Source: Trichoplax sp. H2 (Eukaryota). From it: a DNA stretch of 64,000 nucleotides. The DNA lies in assembly GCA_003344405.1 (NCBI GenBank), contig NOWV01000016.1:372001-436000 (forward strand), given 5' to 3'. The notes under the pieces were generated by a model. It searched no databases and was not told where the DNA came from. It saw only the letters and a program-made list of their open reading frames with translations. This document shows, in pieces, positions 27,001 to 41,699 of this stretch (its first letter is position 1; each line of letters starts with the position of its first letter). Made by a program: the position numbers and the translations under genes.

Positions 27001-27769
27001 TATAGAAGATGTGAATAGTTAATAAAATGGAATTTAATATTAACATCTAGATATGAAATCCAGATAAATTTCTATTGGTAAATCATCGACTGCTTTAGTA
27101 CCTCTTACTACTATTACTAATACTATTACAACTGCCACGAAAATAAACATGAGAAATAAAGAAAAGTCAATGACCTAATTGGATTAAGCAGAAAGTACAA
27201 AATATTCCTAATGCCCCGCAGATATACCTGAACATACTGTAATATTCGTTAATTGTTATAGTATCCCTGCTATGGCGACTAACGTCTTTACTGCTACTAA
27301 CTAGACTAAACAACGGACTCACAAAATTCATAAAAACAGAATGAAACCTAAAAAAGTTCCAGAAAATCATTAGCAATCCTACATCATAGCATACATTAGG
27401 GAAAACTTCGACATCTATGAAGTGCAGTGACAGCACCTACTCAGTCTAACAGGATTAATTTGAAAGCTTTCGAGCTGCTAAGTAAACCTATAAGCTTTTA
27501 GATAATTACTTGGCTTGATATCAATAGCATTCCGAAAACTCTTTTCTAGAGAATAGCTTATTTAGATAATTTAGTAGAGTTCATTCGGTCCGTAATCCTC
27601 TACTATTATACTTCTGTGTGCTGATAATTTTGATATTCTTAAATGAAAACTGAAAATAAGAATTATTATACTATTTTTAATAAATAAAGAGACCAAGCTT
27701 AGATTAGAAATGGTTCCGGTTAAAATGTTACTAAATTATTTGAGACTTGAACAACTCACGGTATTTAAG

Positions 27770-28145
27770 TGTAAGGTGCAATTACTTTGCAGAGCCTTGC
27801 GGCTCTAGTTGCTATACTAGGATATGTATACTGTACAGTGTAAGTCGCTATGTCAAGAATATTCACAAGGCACCATCGGCGTTGGCCGAGACTATAAAAA
27901 GCCGAGCACTAGCTTAGTTGCTCAGTTCCATTTAATCACTTACAGGATCTAAGAATAGTTTTACGATTTTCTTTAATACATTTTATGACTAAGATTAACG
28001 TAAATAAAGTGAAGTATTTAAACCTATTACTCATTAGTAGCTCATTTGTGTAGCTGAGAGTTAGTTCAACTACGATCGGTCCCTAAGTTAGTTGGGAACA
28101 CGAGTACTAGTGAAGATAGTGTTTAAGACCCGGTTTCTAGTTACA
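27770..28145 (+). mobile_element. Candidate solo LTR of a second family
   Basis: TGTAA...TTACA inverted ends; TATAAAAA (27893), TCAGTT initiator-like site (27922) and AATAAA (28003) in LTR order; locally GC-richer. Only a 3-bp flank match (aag). Confidence 0.45.
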
Positions 28146-31100
28146 AAGGAGATTTGTAACAATTTCCCATCTCGTCTAATTGATCAGCATATACAGCAAA
28201 GTATGGCCAAATTGTAGAAGTGAAGTATTTCACCAGACAATAACAGTCAGAAAATAAAATGGGTTATGCTTTGATATTAATTGTGCGAATAGATAGGTTA
28301 AAAGAAGAAGTAAGTGTCATCATCTTCCCATAGGGAAAGATCGAAATCTATTCACTAGAATATCTACCTTGAAAACAAAGATGTAAACAGTAACTATTAA
28401 AAATATTTACTATTCAATTTTTCCTCAACAATTTCGATATTTCTTCTAGATGGAAAAGATTAAACTTTATACTGCCCCTAGATTTTCATGTATAAGGATT
28501 ATAGGAAATTACATAATGCAAATTAATCATAAAAATTTGTTTCACAAACGCTAACGTATAAGTAAAATTTGATATCAAAACTTGTCTAAATGGGGTGATT
28601 TAGCCACTGATTATAGTTATTAAAAATTATGATAAAAACGATGCGGATACTAATCTTTTCCATAAAAGAGTATTATTATTTCTGAATTATTTGAGCTTTG
28701 AATGGGAGAGATTGAGATAAGGGAGCTATGATTGCATGTGAATGCTAATTTTTTCTATAAAAAGCTATCATTACTTCTACCATATTTGGTGTTAAGAAGA
28801 GAGCTGGAATTAGAGAGTTCCAATTATTAAATATCCGAAATTACATATTCAAATAAAGGTTATATTCTCTTAATCATGGTTTTCCTTAATAAAACCTGCT
28901 AAATTATTGAACATCTGTATAAAACTTCCCTAGTATGAAAACAGATCTATAAAATGAGAGATGAGTAGTTCGAGTTTAGTCTGTTATTCCAGTATCTTAT
29001 AAATGGAGTACTTGGGATAGTCCTGGAATGGTTATTTAATCAGTCTCGGTGTCTAAGCTGATTAAACTAATTGCAGTATACAATTTTTGATAACCATTAA
29101 AGATATATATATATTTTTGAATTACTATAAAGCAGAGCATAAGAAGTAGCTTCTGATATAATAATCTAGAATGATCAAAATTAATACCGTCGTAGCTAAA
29201 GCGAAACATGAACAGAATAATGAATATGGGAGCAATTTTGGGACTAACATTAGATTACAGATAAGCTATACAGACAATTTCACCTTCGTAATTTCATTTT
29301 TTTAATCAGCATTTTCATATTAAGTTACGCTAAAAATCTTTATGTGATTAATTTCCTACCATAACAATTATTAGTGAACGGATATGGAAACTATTCTACT
29401 GCCATTTAATGAAGATTCCGGTTTGGAAGGGAATACATGAACTATAGCAAGATTGGATTCCAACTAGGCAAGCGGTATAGTTTCTAATGCTTGCCATAAT
29501 CTGTAAATTTTCAAGTCTTTGATAGCTTTAGACGTTTTTTTTGCTATAATATTTTTACCGCATATAGACCTCACCCTATCTACAGTAAACCGGAAATTAA
29601 TGACAAAAGTAAAATTCTGATGAGAAAGATCAAGTTTCTATCGATGTCTTTGTTTAAAGATATCATAATCCGTAATCGATTTCACAATATATATTTGCTC
29701 TTGCTTTAAATTCAAGATGGCTACTTGAGTATTGTGAAATGCTAAGAACTATTACAAAAGTTTTATAATTCAAATTCAGTCCGTTTGATAGCTTTAATGT
29801 ACATGACTATTCCTTGATCTCTGTATTGATGAAGAATAATATTGCGAGCAAATAGTGCTTGTAAATCTTAGAAATTCATGAAAAATTTCAGGCATTACTT
29901 TTTTTAATTTAAAGTATACGTTTTATGAAATATGATTCTATAGCTGCTGTCGGCTATAGTAATCAAAAGATCTTCAAGCAGTCTAGTCTGCACATGGTCT
30001 AGATAAGCTGTGACTAAAAAACTAACATAAACTTCCATTTCTAGCACATTTACCTTATATATTTGGAAATAAGCATAATAAGGTACAATATCGTTTTGAG
30101 GAAATAACACGGTATTAAATTCAGCACTTGAAATTTTTGCTCATATAACTTATGCTCCGAATTTTACTCTTGAATTAGTTGGTCAGATCGACTAATTAAT
30201 ATCTTACCTTATCGTAACTGATAGTAGTCTTTTCTGAACGTATAGTCTTAATAAGCTCTAACCCGCCAAAACTGTCACGAATTTCCTTCCCTATCAAATT
30301 TGAAATAAAAATAGCAGAGTCATCACAGTTTCGATAGAACATAGTACATTTGAATTCTATTCTGATCTTTGCAAATTTTCTTATCTAACTTGTAATTTTA
30401 CCACTGAATTAGTCAGATCAACATATTATTAACTTATCCTATCTTGTGTGCGAGCAAATAAAAATATACCAATCGATAGCTTTAAAGATTGATTTAATAT
30501 TATAGACATAATACAATCATAAAGGTATGTATTTTGGCAAATTTAATAATCGACATTTTGGCGTAGCTAGATATGGTATGATAAATGTGATACATACTCG
30601 TAAATTGCCAACTCTCATATTTTTTCCATAATGATCTAGAGACAATGTTCTAGAAACTATTTATCTACGTGACACAACCGTATATAAGATTTATTTGGAT
30701 TAACAAATGACGCCATCATTTCGACGTTATGACAAATTTAAATACATTTTCTTTTTAAATAATTTAAGACATAACATTGAATCTGGCATAAAGAATGACT
30801 CCTGAAATTATAATTTTATATCAATGTGGGATCACTCACATTGTTTAGCGTGTGCTGATATATCTCATTGTTACGGTGTTAAAGATTACCTTAAAGTATA
30901 AATACGTTATTTTGATCGTTAAAAAGTTGATAGCTTGTCGCTGGGGTTATAGATTGTAAAACTAATTCATTTTCCATTAAGGGTAAGTGAATGAGTTAGA
31001 TATCTCATTTACAAGAGAGCTCAAAGGTCAGATCGTGTCTTGATCATAACTGTCTCGTGTTCTATGCGTGCTCTAACGCATTTTAAAGTAGAGCATAAAG

Positions 31101-31394
31101 TTATATAAATTTTGGTCTAATAGGCGACAGCAATATCGTTTACTAGTATAGATTTCATGTATAATGCTATAGATACTGGCAAATATACATAGAAGGTATA
31201 AAAGCGATGTAAGAAGGTCGCTATTTTGCCATTTGATTGTTTACGAGAAAGGAAAAGGTCGACATCGCTTCTGCAGTGAAACTTTAGGAAAAAATTTAGT
31301 TATCACGGAGAAATATTATTGATATATAGTTTGAGATTGGTGAATGCTATTCATTAATTATTAGATGATGACATAAATCATTAAAATTGGGAGC

Positions 31395-32081
31395 CAGACA
31401 TACTCTGGGAAGAATTGCAATGTACGTTTTGAAACATAGTGAGAATATAAGAACTGATGATTATGGTATGAATAGAAATAAAATGACTCTTGTCTGGATA
31501 ACTTCTATGTAAATCAATGTATAATGAAACCTTTTACATTTTTATATTACTGTGAATTGTAAATTACCGTAGTATGAAAATATTATAATAACAGAAAATT
31601 AATAACTCNNNNNNNNNNNNNNNNNNNNCATACTGAAATTAATAGTTATAATAGGGAATGCAAATCATCTGCTTACAGTTCGAATCATTGTGATTGTAAT
31701 TTACTTATGGTAGACTGTAAATTATCATGGAAATTTTCCGTGATAGGACATATCGTAATCTGACTATTCTGTATTAGTCNNNNNNNNNNNNNNNNNNNNA
31801 CGTGGTTCAAGGAATTGACTTATTGATCGTATATTGCGTTATCTTGTTGCAAAGCTGTTTTGTGACACAGACATACTCTGGAAAGAATTGCAATGTACGT
31901 TTTGAAACATAGTGAGAATATAAGAACTGATGGTTATGGTATGAATAGAAATAAAATGATTCTTGTCTGGATAACTTCTATGTAAATCAATGTATAATGA
32001 AACCTTTTACATTTTTATATTACTGTGAATTGTAAATTACCGTAGTATGAAAATATTATAATAACAGAAAATTAATAACTC
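31395..32081 (+). repeat. 214-bp near-identical duplication (31395-31608 and 31868-32081) spanning two 20-N assembly gaps
   Basis: The copies differ by 3 substitutions; N runs at 31609-31628 and 31780-31799. Confidence 0.9.
31800..31867 (+). mobile_element. 3' end of an LTR of the 18082 family, truncated by an assembly gap
   Basis: gcgttatcttgttgcaaagctgttttgtgaca (31836-31867) matches gcgttatctttgtcgcaaagctggtttgtggca (18631-18663). Confidence 0.75.
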
Positions 32082-35000
32082 AGTAAATTTATAATATAGG
32101 TAAAATACATATTATCGATATGATATTTACAAACCTTCATTTGCAACTCAGTGCGCGAATATTAGTTCGTAAAACTAAATCTAGGCACTGCTCGTTGAAT
32201 AGCAATTAGCTGATCATACCGCAATCTCTCAAGATTATAAAATAGGCTACGGACTATCATAACAAATGTCGCCATAAAAAATGATTTGTAAATTGATAAC
32301 TCAGTAAATTTCTATCAGGTATAAAATTTAGTACGTACGGTATTTATATCTATTAGAATATAATGTACATAAGTCAATTAGCTAAACCAAATTTATACTC
32401 TATACGTTGAGCTATCCGTACAATACACACGCCTTACTCTAGAGGTTATCATATAAATGAATTGTGGACTATCTAATCAATATTGCAAAGTTGAAAATTT
32501 AAAAGGAAATTAAACGAGTTTCATTACAGATTTCATGAAATTATAGCCTAAAACATCAACATCTATTGCTAATAAATACTGTTACTTGAATTAGCCATGA
32601 ATTACATATCCTTTAACCCTCAAAAGTGAAAAATATATTACGGATTATTACATTAATCTATCAAAAAACCCTAACCCACTGTATAAACGAAATGCTAAGT
32701 AATCATTCGTTACTTCTAATATTAGTATAAATTAGAGCCCTTTAATCCGGTTTGTTCTCAATTTTACCAGCCAAATAATATTGTATAATTGTCACATATG
32801 CTCGTATACTTATTGTGTTTGCTAACAAGATGATTCATGTTGTTTTGCTTGCATAAATGAAGAAGTAGAAAAAGGAATATACCACAGCGGCGAATAGATT
32901 TTACTTTAATAAATTAACTTAACTAAGTATCAATGCTCTGATTACAAAGCAGAGAATATTATCCTGATGATTAAAAATTATCGGCGATCATCAGCAATTG
33001 CAGGTTACTACGTCAAATAATAATATATTAATAGCCGTGAGCTCCCCGCCAAAATAATCAATAATTTATCAATTTCTGAATTGAATATAAAATTGTTAAC
33101 AATTGTAAGATTTTTCATAGATTGATCACCAGTTAATTATATTTACGTCAAATATTAAATTATTAACATTACAAGATTTTTCCAAGGATTTTACCATGTT
33201 TATGCCTTATATTTTTGTTGAGTATTCATTAATTTTTTAACGCATCGTTATCTAGTCATTTATAAAAAAATTTTACTTTTGTATTTACTATTGATGCAAA
33301 GCATATCATAGCTTGTAAAACTTCTGTTAATATCTAAATGCTTTCACCTTGATTTTCTTTTCTGTTCCGAAAGATTCTATAATGATTTAAAAATTAGCTA
33401 GACTACCTCAATATCAATCAATAAGAAAAATTACTGCCGATTACTAAATTCTGATATAGTCATACAAAACTCCTAGATTACTGGCATTCTAAGCGCTTGA
33501 AAATGTATATTATCATTGCTATACGAGAACAGTAATATCTTACTAGGTAAATGATTTATCCACATAGATACTAAAATGAAATTAACATTTAAAATCCATC
33601 TTGTGGATAGATCCAGCGTTAATCTAGAAAAGTATGATTAAAGCATATCAGACTAAGCTGATTTATACAACAAATAATTAGATATTTTCCTTAGTAATTT
33701 ATTACAAGTAGCCAAAGTAATTTTCTCTATGTCTCCTAATAATCTATAGAAAATGCAGTTTAGAAAATTAATCATAAGAAGATGCATTTAATCAATTCTT
33801 TTTTCCGTCCATAATATGTATATCAATTCAACAGATATCCAAATGCATTTACTTCCTTAACCGAGAAGGATAATAGAACAGGGTCGTAATTTTCTCAGTT
33901 TACTTAGAAATAATCTACTACTCACTATCCACATCTAAGCAAAACTTTATTCACTTCCCATATCTAGTTATAATTGTCTTCTTGGCATGACAATAGAATA
34001 TACGGAACTTCTTGTAGTCTTGCCTGTCGTCTACTTTTCTATCAGTATAGAACGAAAATAATCAAATGAAAGAACAGACTATCCGCTTATTTACATTCAA
34101 GTACCGTATAGACTTATTTACTTTTACTGAATCTATCCGAACTAGCTAAAAATATCTTATTATAACAGTAAAATATATACTGTACATTTCCGTATACCCT
34201 AGTCTATTATCTATCTAGTAGTATGTATAGATCGGAAGTAAACTAACAATAATAAAAAAGATAACTATGCCATCATTCTTTCTATTAAGATAACTATTCC
34301 AGCTGGGGATTGGAAAAATACAGTATAAGCTATATATTTATATATTACAGCTCCATCCAAAAAGAAAGCATGGTAGGAATTTCCCATTGCTAATTAACTT
34401 TCCATACCAATCTTCTTCCTTTCATATTCCTTCGATAGCTCCACTTTGTAATGGAAAACATCATAACAAGGAATGCTAAATCCAGATAAATGATTTTGAA
34501 TGATTCTACTAATTTAGTATTGCCATTATCCCTAGCTTTATTCAGCAGTGTGCCTCTTATACACAGCTTTCATTTCTGTTACTTCCATGTTTAAAGATTT
34601 TACATTCCAAATGATCATACTGTTTTTGCATAAGTAATCTATATGAACTTTTAGATTAATTTTCTTCAGTCTATATTGCAGTACGAAATAATTTTTATAA
34701 GCAAAATCGACTGGAAATGATAAAGACATTGGTTATCTTCTTGCAATAGCCAACAAATCAATGCATACCCAAGGTAGATAGCTATCCATAGAAAATTTCT
34801 CAATTTTTTTTGCTATTTCATGAATTATTTTGACATCACTGCTTTATATGGAGTCTATAGATCATTTTTAATGGTGATCAAACGGCTAAAATATAATCAT
34901 TTATCAATACAAATCACTTGTATTCGATACTCATCTAGATGCTAATCTCTACCTCCCAGATAACTTTTAGTAACATCCCGTAAACAAATCATTAAATTAT

Positions 35001-38000
35001 TAAAATTTGACTCGAAACAATCAGCTTTAAATGTCCTATTGCTGCTTTTATAACAGCTAATATGTTTAGTACTGTCTTTGTCTTCAAAATGGGACTTTTT
35101 ACAACGGTAGACAACGATTTACATCCTTGATCAATGTTCTAATACACAATCTGCACATATTGAAATATTTTCTTATAATAGGTCTAACAAGCGGCTATCC
35201 AAATGAAGATACAATAATATTTTATTAATTTTACCAGAGGTTAAAATAGATTGTATATCGTAAGAAATGTCAAACTAATAGATTTGTTTCCAATCATTGA
35301 TGGAGAACGCTACACAATCGTTTTATGAAATATAATGATCTCAGCTACTTGCTATACAGTAATAGCAGGAGACTATTACGCGGTCATTACAAGAAGCAAT
35401 ATCTATTTAATAATTTAAAGTGTAAAAGTTTTGACTAAAAATAACATCCCCCCAAGTGAGTCCTCCAAAACATGCTAACGTGGTTAGAGCAAATTTTGTG
35501 CTTAAATAGCTCTACTGGACTATCGATCATTGTCATAAATTACGCTTCTAAGAATTTCATAAGTTACAATTTGGTTTTGAAGCAAAATGAAATGAAACAA
35601 AATTTCGAAAAATTGGCGGCTTGACTATCTTAAAGTCTTCGCTTTTGGTTAAGCGACACGTTGGGCAACTAGTTTGATTTTAAATAAATGATAATGAATT
35701 TTCCCTATCAACTTGAGTGAGTAGCTGCAAAGTTTTGTTATTAATTGGCTGTAAAGACCATTTTAAAGCAAAGTAGGAATATAAGATCAAATTTTCTCAT
35801 TTTTATATAAACAGTTACTAATTTTCACCACAAACTCATTTTTAAATACTGTTTTAAACCATAGTCAGACAAAAGTATTATGTTTTAATACGGTAGCAGA
35901 TAATTTAAATATCTTGACTTATATTTTTGACTGCATTCAATAGGAAATAAATAGCTTGGTATTATGTAAAACAGATGCAAAATTCCATCATGACTGCCTT
36001 TTGAAATTAAAGCCATGCTAGGTATAAGTATGTTAACAGCAATTATCTGAGTTTGAGCAATTTGCTTTAAAGGATGTTTGAAAGCAATTTAGGAACGGCA
36101 TAATTTAACAATCAGCGATTTAAATGTGATATTGTTATATCATCTGCTCCTTTTGACTATATACATTATTATATATGCACGGAGCGATAATATTATGTAA
36201 TCAGTTACAATTTTTTATCACAACTAGTATCACTAAATTAGAGCTATAGTCGGCTTAGGTAGGAAATCAATCGAGCTCTATCGACATAATTGAAATAATT
36301 TCAGAGCGTAATCGAATAAGTAATTTAAAAAGTGGATGGTTGCAATATTTTCTCCATAGCTATTTGCATAAGTCAACTGATTTTGTGTCAATAGCTTATA
36401 AATTTCATCAGGACTAATGTCTATTATCAAGAGAGATAGTAAACATAAACAGAAGATTTCCAATTCACTGCGGCCATCATCATATTGATATTTCTATTTA
36501 AACTAGAACTACTAAATAAATTCTTTTCGCTTATTGATTACCTGATACTCTTACAGAAATACCGATAATGTAATGCCAAGATTGTAACCGCTTACAATTT
36601 TTTTCAGGAAATACAATCAACCTATCAAGCATTGGGTTACAATATATCCTGGCTATTGCTCATCTTGACAATAACATCTTACCTATAAGACTTGAAGCTT
36701 TCTTAAATAACTATATCTATTCTGCAGGCTCTTCATTCGACTATAAAGCAAAATAACCACCATGAATAAATGGCTGAGAAGATGCAAAGCAATAGCTGAA
36801 AGTGGTATTGGGCAAGGAAGTATTAAGTTGTTAAGCTGTTCTTTTCGATAATCTGATCAATCCAACTTGCGTCGCCGATCCACTTATTGATACTTTAGCC
36901 TTTATTGATACGTTCTTAATTGAGTTATAAATTTTCAACTTGGTTTTCAATCTTTTTATTACTCATAACTATCCATATTCTAATCCGCCCATTTTAAAGA
37001 ACATTTAACGATACCATGACAACATACTATATCACGAAAAAATGTTTTGTCCAGTATCGAACTTATCTTCTAGACAAATCAATGGCCATGTCTTTATTGA
37101 TTAGTTTCAAAATCGATTGTTTCTAATTGACCTCTCTGGCATCGTATCTAAAGCGAAAAATAATTAAATTCAACATTGGCTGGCAAATAAAGTAGAATAG
37201 ACAAAAGCAGAACTTTTAAATAGAACAACTTTGTGTTCAAAATTGGTTAGACTCTTAAAGCCTTATCAAGTTATCATTCTTATACAATCTGATAGTAGTT
37301 ATTTACCTGAATGGCAATATAGTTAATATTTTCTAGCCTGAATAATTACCTCTTCTATCGACATCGTAGATTATATTATCGAAATAAGTATGGAATTGAA
37401 TGAATTTACAGATTAATTTGAAATAGATCTAGTCCATATCAATCAGATCAAAATTGATGGTAAATAAAGTCATAGCTAATAAAATACTCAATCTATTTAA
37501 AAATCCCTATTCTTCTATAGTAAACCGGATAATGTTTATTATGACTCATGCATAACGAATATCACCTATTTTTATAAAGCTGATATGATTTGGTTTAATT
37601 CTAGAAAATCTTTCTTTTACTAAAAATGGAACAAACAGTCTGTCTCGCGTAAAAATTATGGACAGTGTTAAAATTTTCCACAGTATTTTGTTTTTAAAAT
37701 CAAATATTATAGTTACAATTATTTGGTTTAATGATAAAATATATTAATAATCCTAAAAGATCTTGTTGTTTGCAGTCATTTTCTCTTCCCTTACATATAA
37801 CACATCAGTACCTATATGCGGCAATCACAATTGATTATTTACAATTCTTCATTATTATATACTGTATAATGTATAGCAGATTGATTGATCAATTACTAAC
37901 TGCTTTAATTCAAACAACTATTTTTTAAATTTCTACAGCAAATACATTTAAGACTCGTATTATTTATTGAAATAATCCTGATTTTATGATAAGATTTCTA

Positions 38001-40447
38001 CGAATAGATTATATGATCAATTTCCAATCTGTGCTACACTTTCGTTGTCTATTTCAGTATTGGTTAAAGATTGTTCTACGCCAACTTCATTATTTTGCTG
38101 TCTATATGAATAAAGGAGAGCTTCATATAAAATGTGGTTATTACAGATACGTACATTCAATGGACTGATTAGTAAATCTCAACTTTTTCATGAAAAATAA
38201 TACGCGGTATTTTATACTATGGCTAGAGCTTGCAGTTTTATTTTTTGACCATGTCTAAAATATGAAATTTAATTGAAATTTTCCTTTGCATATATAGTTG
38301 TCCAAATTATTAAAATATGGAAAGGTCTTATGATTAGCTAATAAAGATTTGATACTTTAGGATGGAAACCGCTTAAAAATCTTTATGATCATAACAAAAC
38401 AGTAGAAATATAAAATTGAAATGGTATTACTACATCTAGTCATTCATTCTTAATAAAATATTAAGATATTTTACAATTAGTTCAGAAAGAATATCAAATT
38501 AAAGAAATTTAGAGCTTATAAACTTTTCTTATTATTACATAAAAGTAGAAATATCGAATAGAAAATTAAATTTTACTCTAGATATTCAATTTTAAAGAAA
38601 TATTAATAATTGTCATGAATGAATCACAGAGAGTATCATATTATGGATTTTAAAATTTTTTCCTAAATATAATATGCTTCTATAGCAAGAAATATGAAGT
38701 AGGATAAAATTTTTATGAACAGATGTTAAATTTTAATTGCTTTACCGCTGCTTAAAGGAGATTATAATTTTGATGCTAATAAGATGAATAAAATAATTCT
38801 AAAATTTAGCTAGAAAAATGAAATATTAACGGAGAAAAAATATTCATGGGCGGTTGTTTATTTTTAATGAAAGTATTAGCAACATTCCAATAATAATTAA
38901 TGATTAAAGTTATACTGCATCATTGCAAAGACTTATAAGCTGCCGTCGTTATATCATAAAAATATCATAAGAATAAACTTCTTATTATCTCATATGTTTA
39001 AGTACTTGAAGTTTCTAGCTCGAATAACAAATCTATGAAACTGAATAGAATTTCTGTACGACGTAGTTCATATTTAATGATGTACTTAGAAAAATTTCAT
39101 TAAAGGATAACTGAAATAAGCATCTCTAACACTAACTGCCATTGCACGTACTCGTATATTAACTCAAATTTTAATATTGGTATATAGAGAGAAGTGGATG
39201 AAACAGAAATAAAAATACAATAGTTTTGTGTATTGTTATTCAATCTTTGATGGAATTGCAAGACAACTTCTCTTACTCATTGACTAAGAATCTCACACAA
39301 CATGCAGCTTATAAAATTTTTATAAATTGAAGCTAAGTCCAAGCAAGAGAAGAAAGAGAAAGCATATCAATCAGAAAAATTTCTTAAATACAGTCCTTTA
39401 CTCCTAGAGAATCGTAATAAAAATCAATAAGATTAGTAATGAGCTATGTCACTCTAAATCTGCTAAAGTATTCGTTATTGCTACACATAAGTAGCCGTGA
39501 AGAGTATAAAATATGCTCTTTTCTTCTGTAATGACCGAGTAATAGTCTTTTACTATTACTACAATAGCTTACTCGATAGACAGTATTATATTTCTGTAAG
39601 AATAATGTTTCCTTAAATAAATTTAAGGCAATGATTTTTATTAAATTATATCCAAAATTAGCCATGATTATCTAGAATTAATCTTGTAAATATCATTCTT
39701 ACCCATCAAGATTTGTTATCGCAAAACGGTATTGATCTAATTAGACTACTACAATCTATTCTGTTCGAGATATGACCTTTATGCTTTTGATTAATCCATG
39801 GCTATGTATTAGTTCATAGAGCGATTTCAAACTTATTAAATCACCGTTATGAAAGCAATTGTCTAGCAACGTGAAAGAAAGTCACGTATAATACAGGAAG
39901 CCTTTTAAGCGTATTAGGGAAGGGAGATACAATAATACTACCTCCAATGACTCGGTGGTAATTAGTTATATTGCAATCCATAAAAGTCATGATCTTTACT
40001 TTTGTAGGCACAATCATTCGATTTAGGAATACAATTACTTGCGAGTGATTATATGATCAAATAGAAGCCGCTTTGCCGAATAAATGTGGTATCCTTTCAC
40101 TTCTGGCTGGCATTTTTAACCTTTGGGTTAATTTAAGACTATCTAGTTATTCACTAAATCATAGTTTATCAAATACCGTTCTACCGCATTTATATTGGCA
40201 ATTTTCTAGAATTTATTGGTATTATATATGATACGGAGTCAAACAGGTAATAGAAAATGATCGAAAAGAATGAAAGCAAAGTACAGATGATCTTTATAGA
40301 AAATATTAAACGAGAACATTTTAAGTAATGATATATCTAACAGTGTGAAAAAGATTGGATACCGAAATTAGGAACTTTCATGAAGCAGTTTATAATGTGG
40401 AAACACTGAACAGCTAGGCTAAATTGTTTATCTTGATCGTTAACTAT

Positions 40448-40557
40448 AAAATAATCACTACCGTATTTCTTACTGTAAGTCATTATTAGTTATCTCCATA
40501 TATATGTTAATCACTAAATTTAGTCATTTACTCTTCACGGTGGTTCGTACCGTGACA
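40448..40557 (-). mobile_element. Inverted 5' fragment (~110 bp) of the 18082 LTR family
   Basis: The reverse complement reads tgtcacggtacgaaccaccgtgaagagtaaatgactaaatttagtg...cttacagtaagaaatacggtagtgattatttt, roughly 90% identical by eye to 18082-18193. Confidence 0.85.
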
Positions 40558-41699
40558 ATGCAATAAACATGCCAAGACATAAGATTGTGATTGATGAAAC
40601 CATATCCGCAGCCTTACATTAGTATGGATGCAGCTTTTATCATTCATGATAGGTTTAACTACACCTAGCAAAAATTTTGCATCTAACAATTGAAATTAGG
40701 TTACTTGCTTCACGATCAAGTGCTCAAGTCTAAATAAAATATCATTTAATCATATTATTACCATTCAAATTTATCGCTTCAGCACACATTTTTTTATCAG
40801 TCTATTAACATAAGAAATAGGTCAAGACGTTTTCGTTAAAATGCCTAGATTGTCTAGCTCAATTGACTATAAACCAAGACAAGTTTAAAATATTTTTTAC
40901 GTACGGTGTCTACTTTGTTTGACATCCATGTTATCGGAAACTAGTCTGTAAGCTATCTAGACTTTGGCTAAGCTGATAAATGATCAGAATTAAAAACACC
41001 TTGTACTTTTATTCATCTACTTTATGGAAGTAAACAGATTTACCTATCTTTATTAACGATAAAAAATCATAACTATTGTATTTTACTACCTATATTTCAT
41101 AAATTATTAGTTAAAAATAAAAATGATAGAATAACATATAATACAATGTTTCAATGCCTATTCGACATAAAACCGCTACAAATTGAATTGGATTGATTAT
41201 AAGGCCGCTTATTGATTGTCACGTTGACTTTTATTTCAGTATAAATCTTATTAAGCTCGGCGCATCAAGTTCGCTTGGTATAATGTAAACTATTCTATTC
41301 GTCTATATATTTGCGTATATAATTTTTATTATATTCCAAAAGAATTTATCTTATTATCACCATTTTGATGCAACATTTAAGTGGTATGTAAGCTTTAATA
41401 ACAAACTAACAGCTTTCAAAGAAATATCTAAATTTGCTATAGAGATTGACAAATATTTCGCTTTCATATGGCCACGACATAATTCTATTCAGTCTGAAAT
41501 ACGACTAACGCTACTTAGTATTCTTTACTATGAGATATCGTGATTACAAATTTTTCATATGAAATTATAATACAATACAAAATTTTTATGCGTAAGACTA
41601 AGCTTGTTTACTTCAATGGGATTTCTTTTCTTATAGAAAATTACTACAATATTTAGTAATTAGTTCCCCTAACCTCAATACCAATATTACGCGCTAATA

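Noticed and set aside
30273-30674. TGTCACG...CGTGACA 7-bp inverted ends as another solo LTR
   Set aside because: No convincing TSD (aaac/caac), and a local duplication (30161-30213 versus 30395-30443) straddles the proposed boundary.
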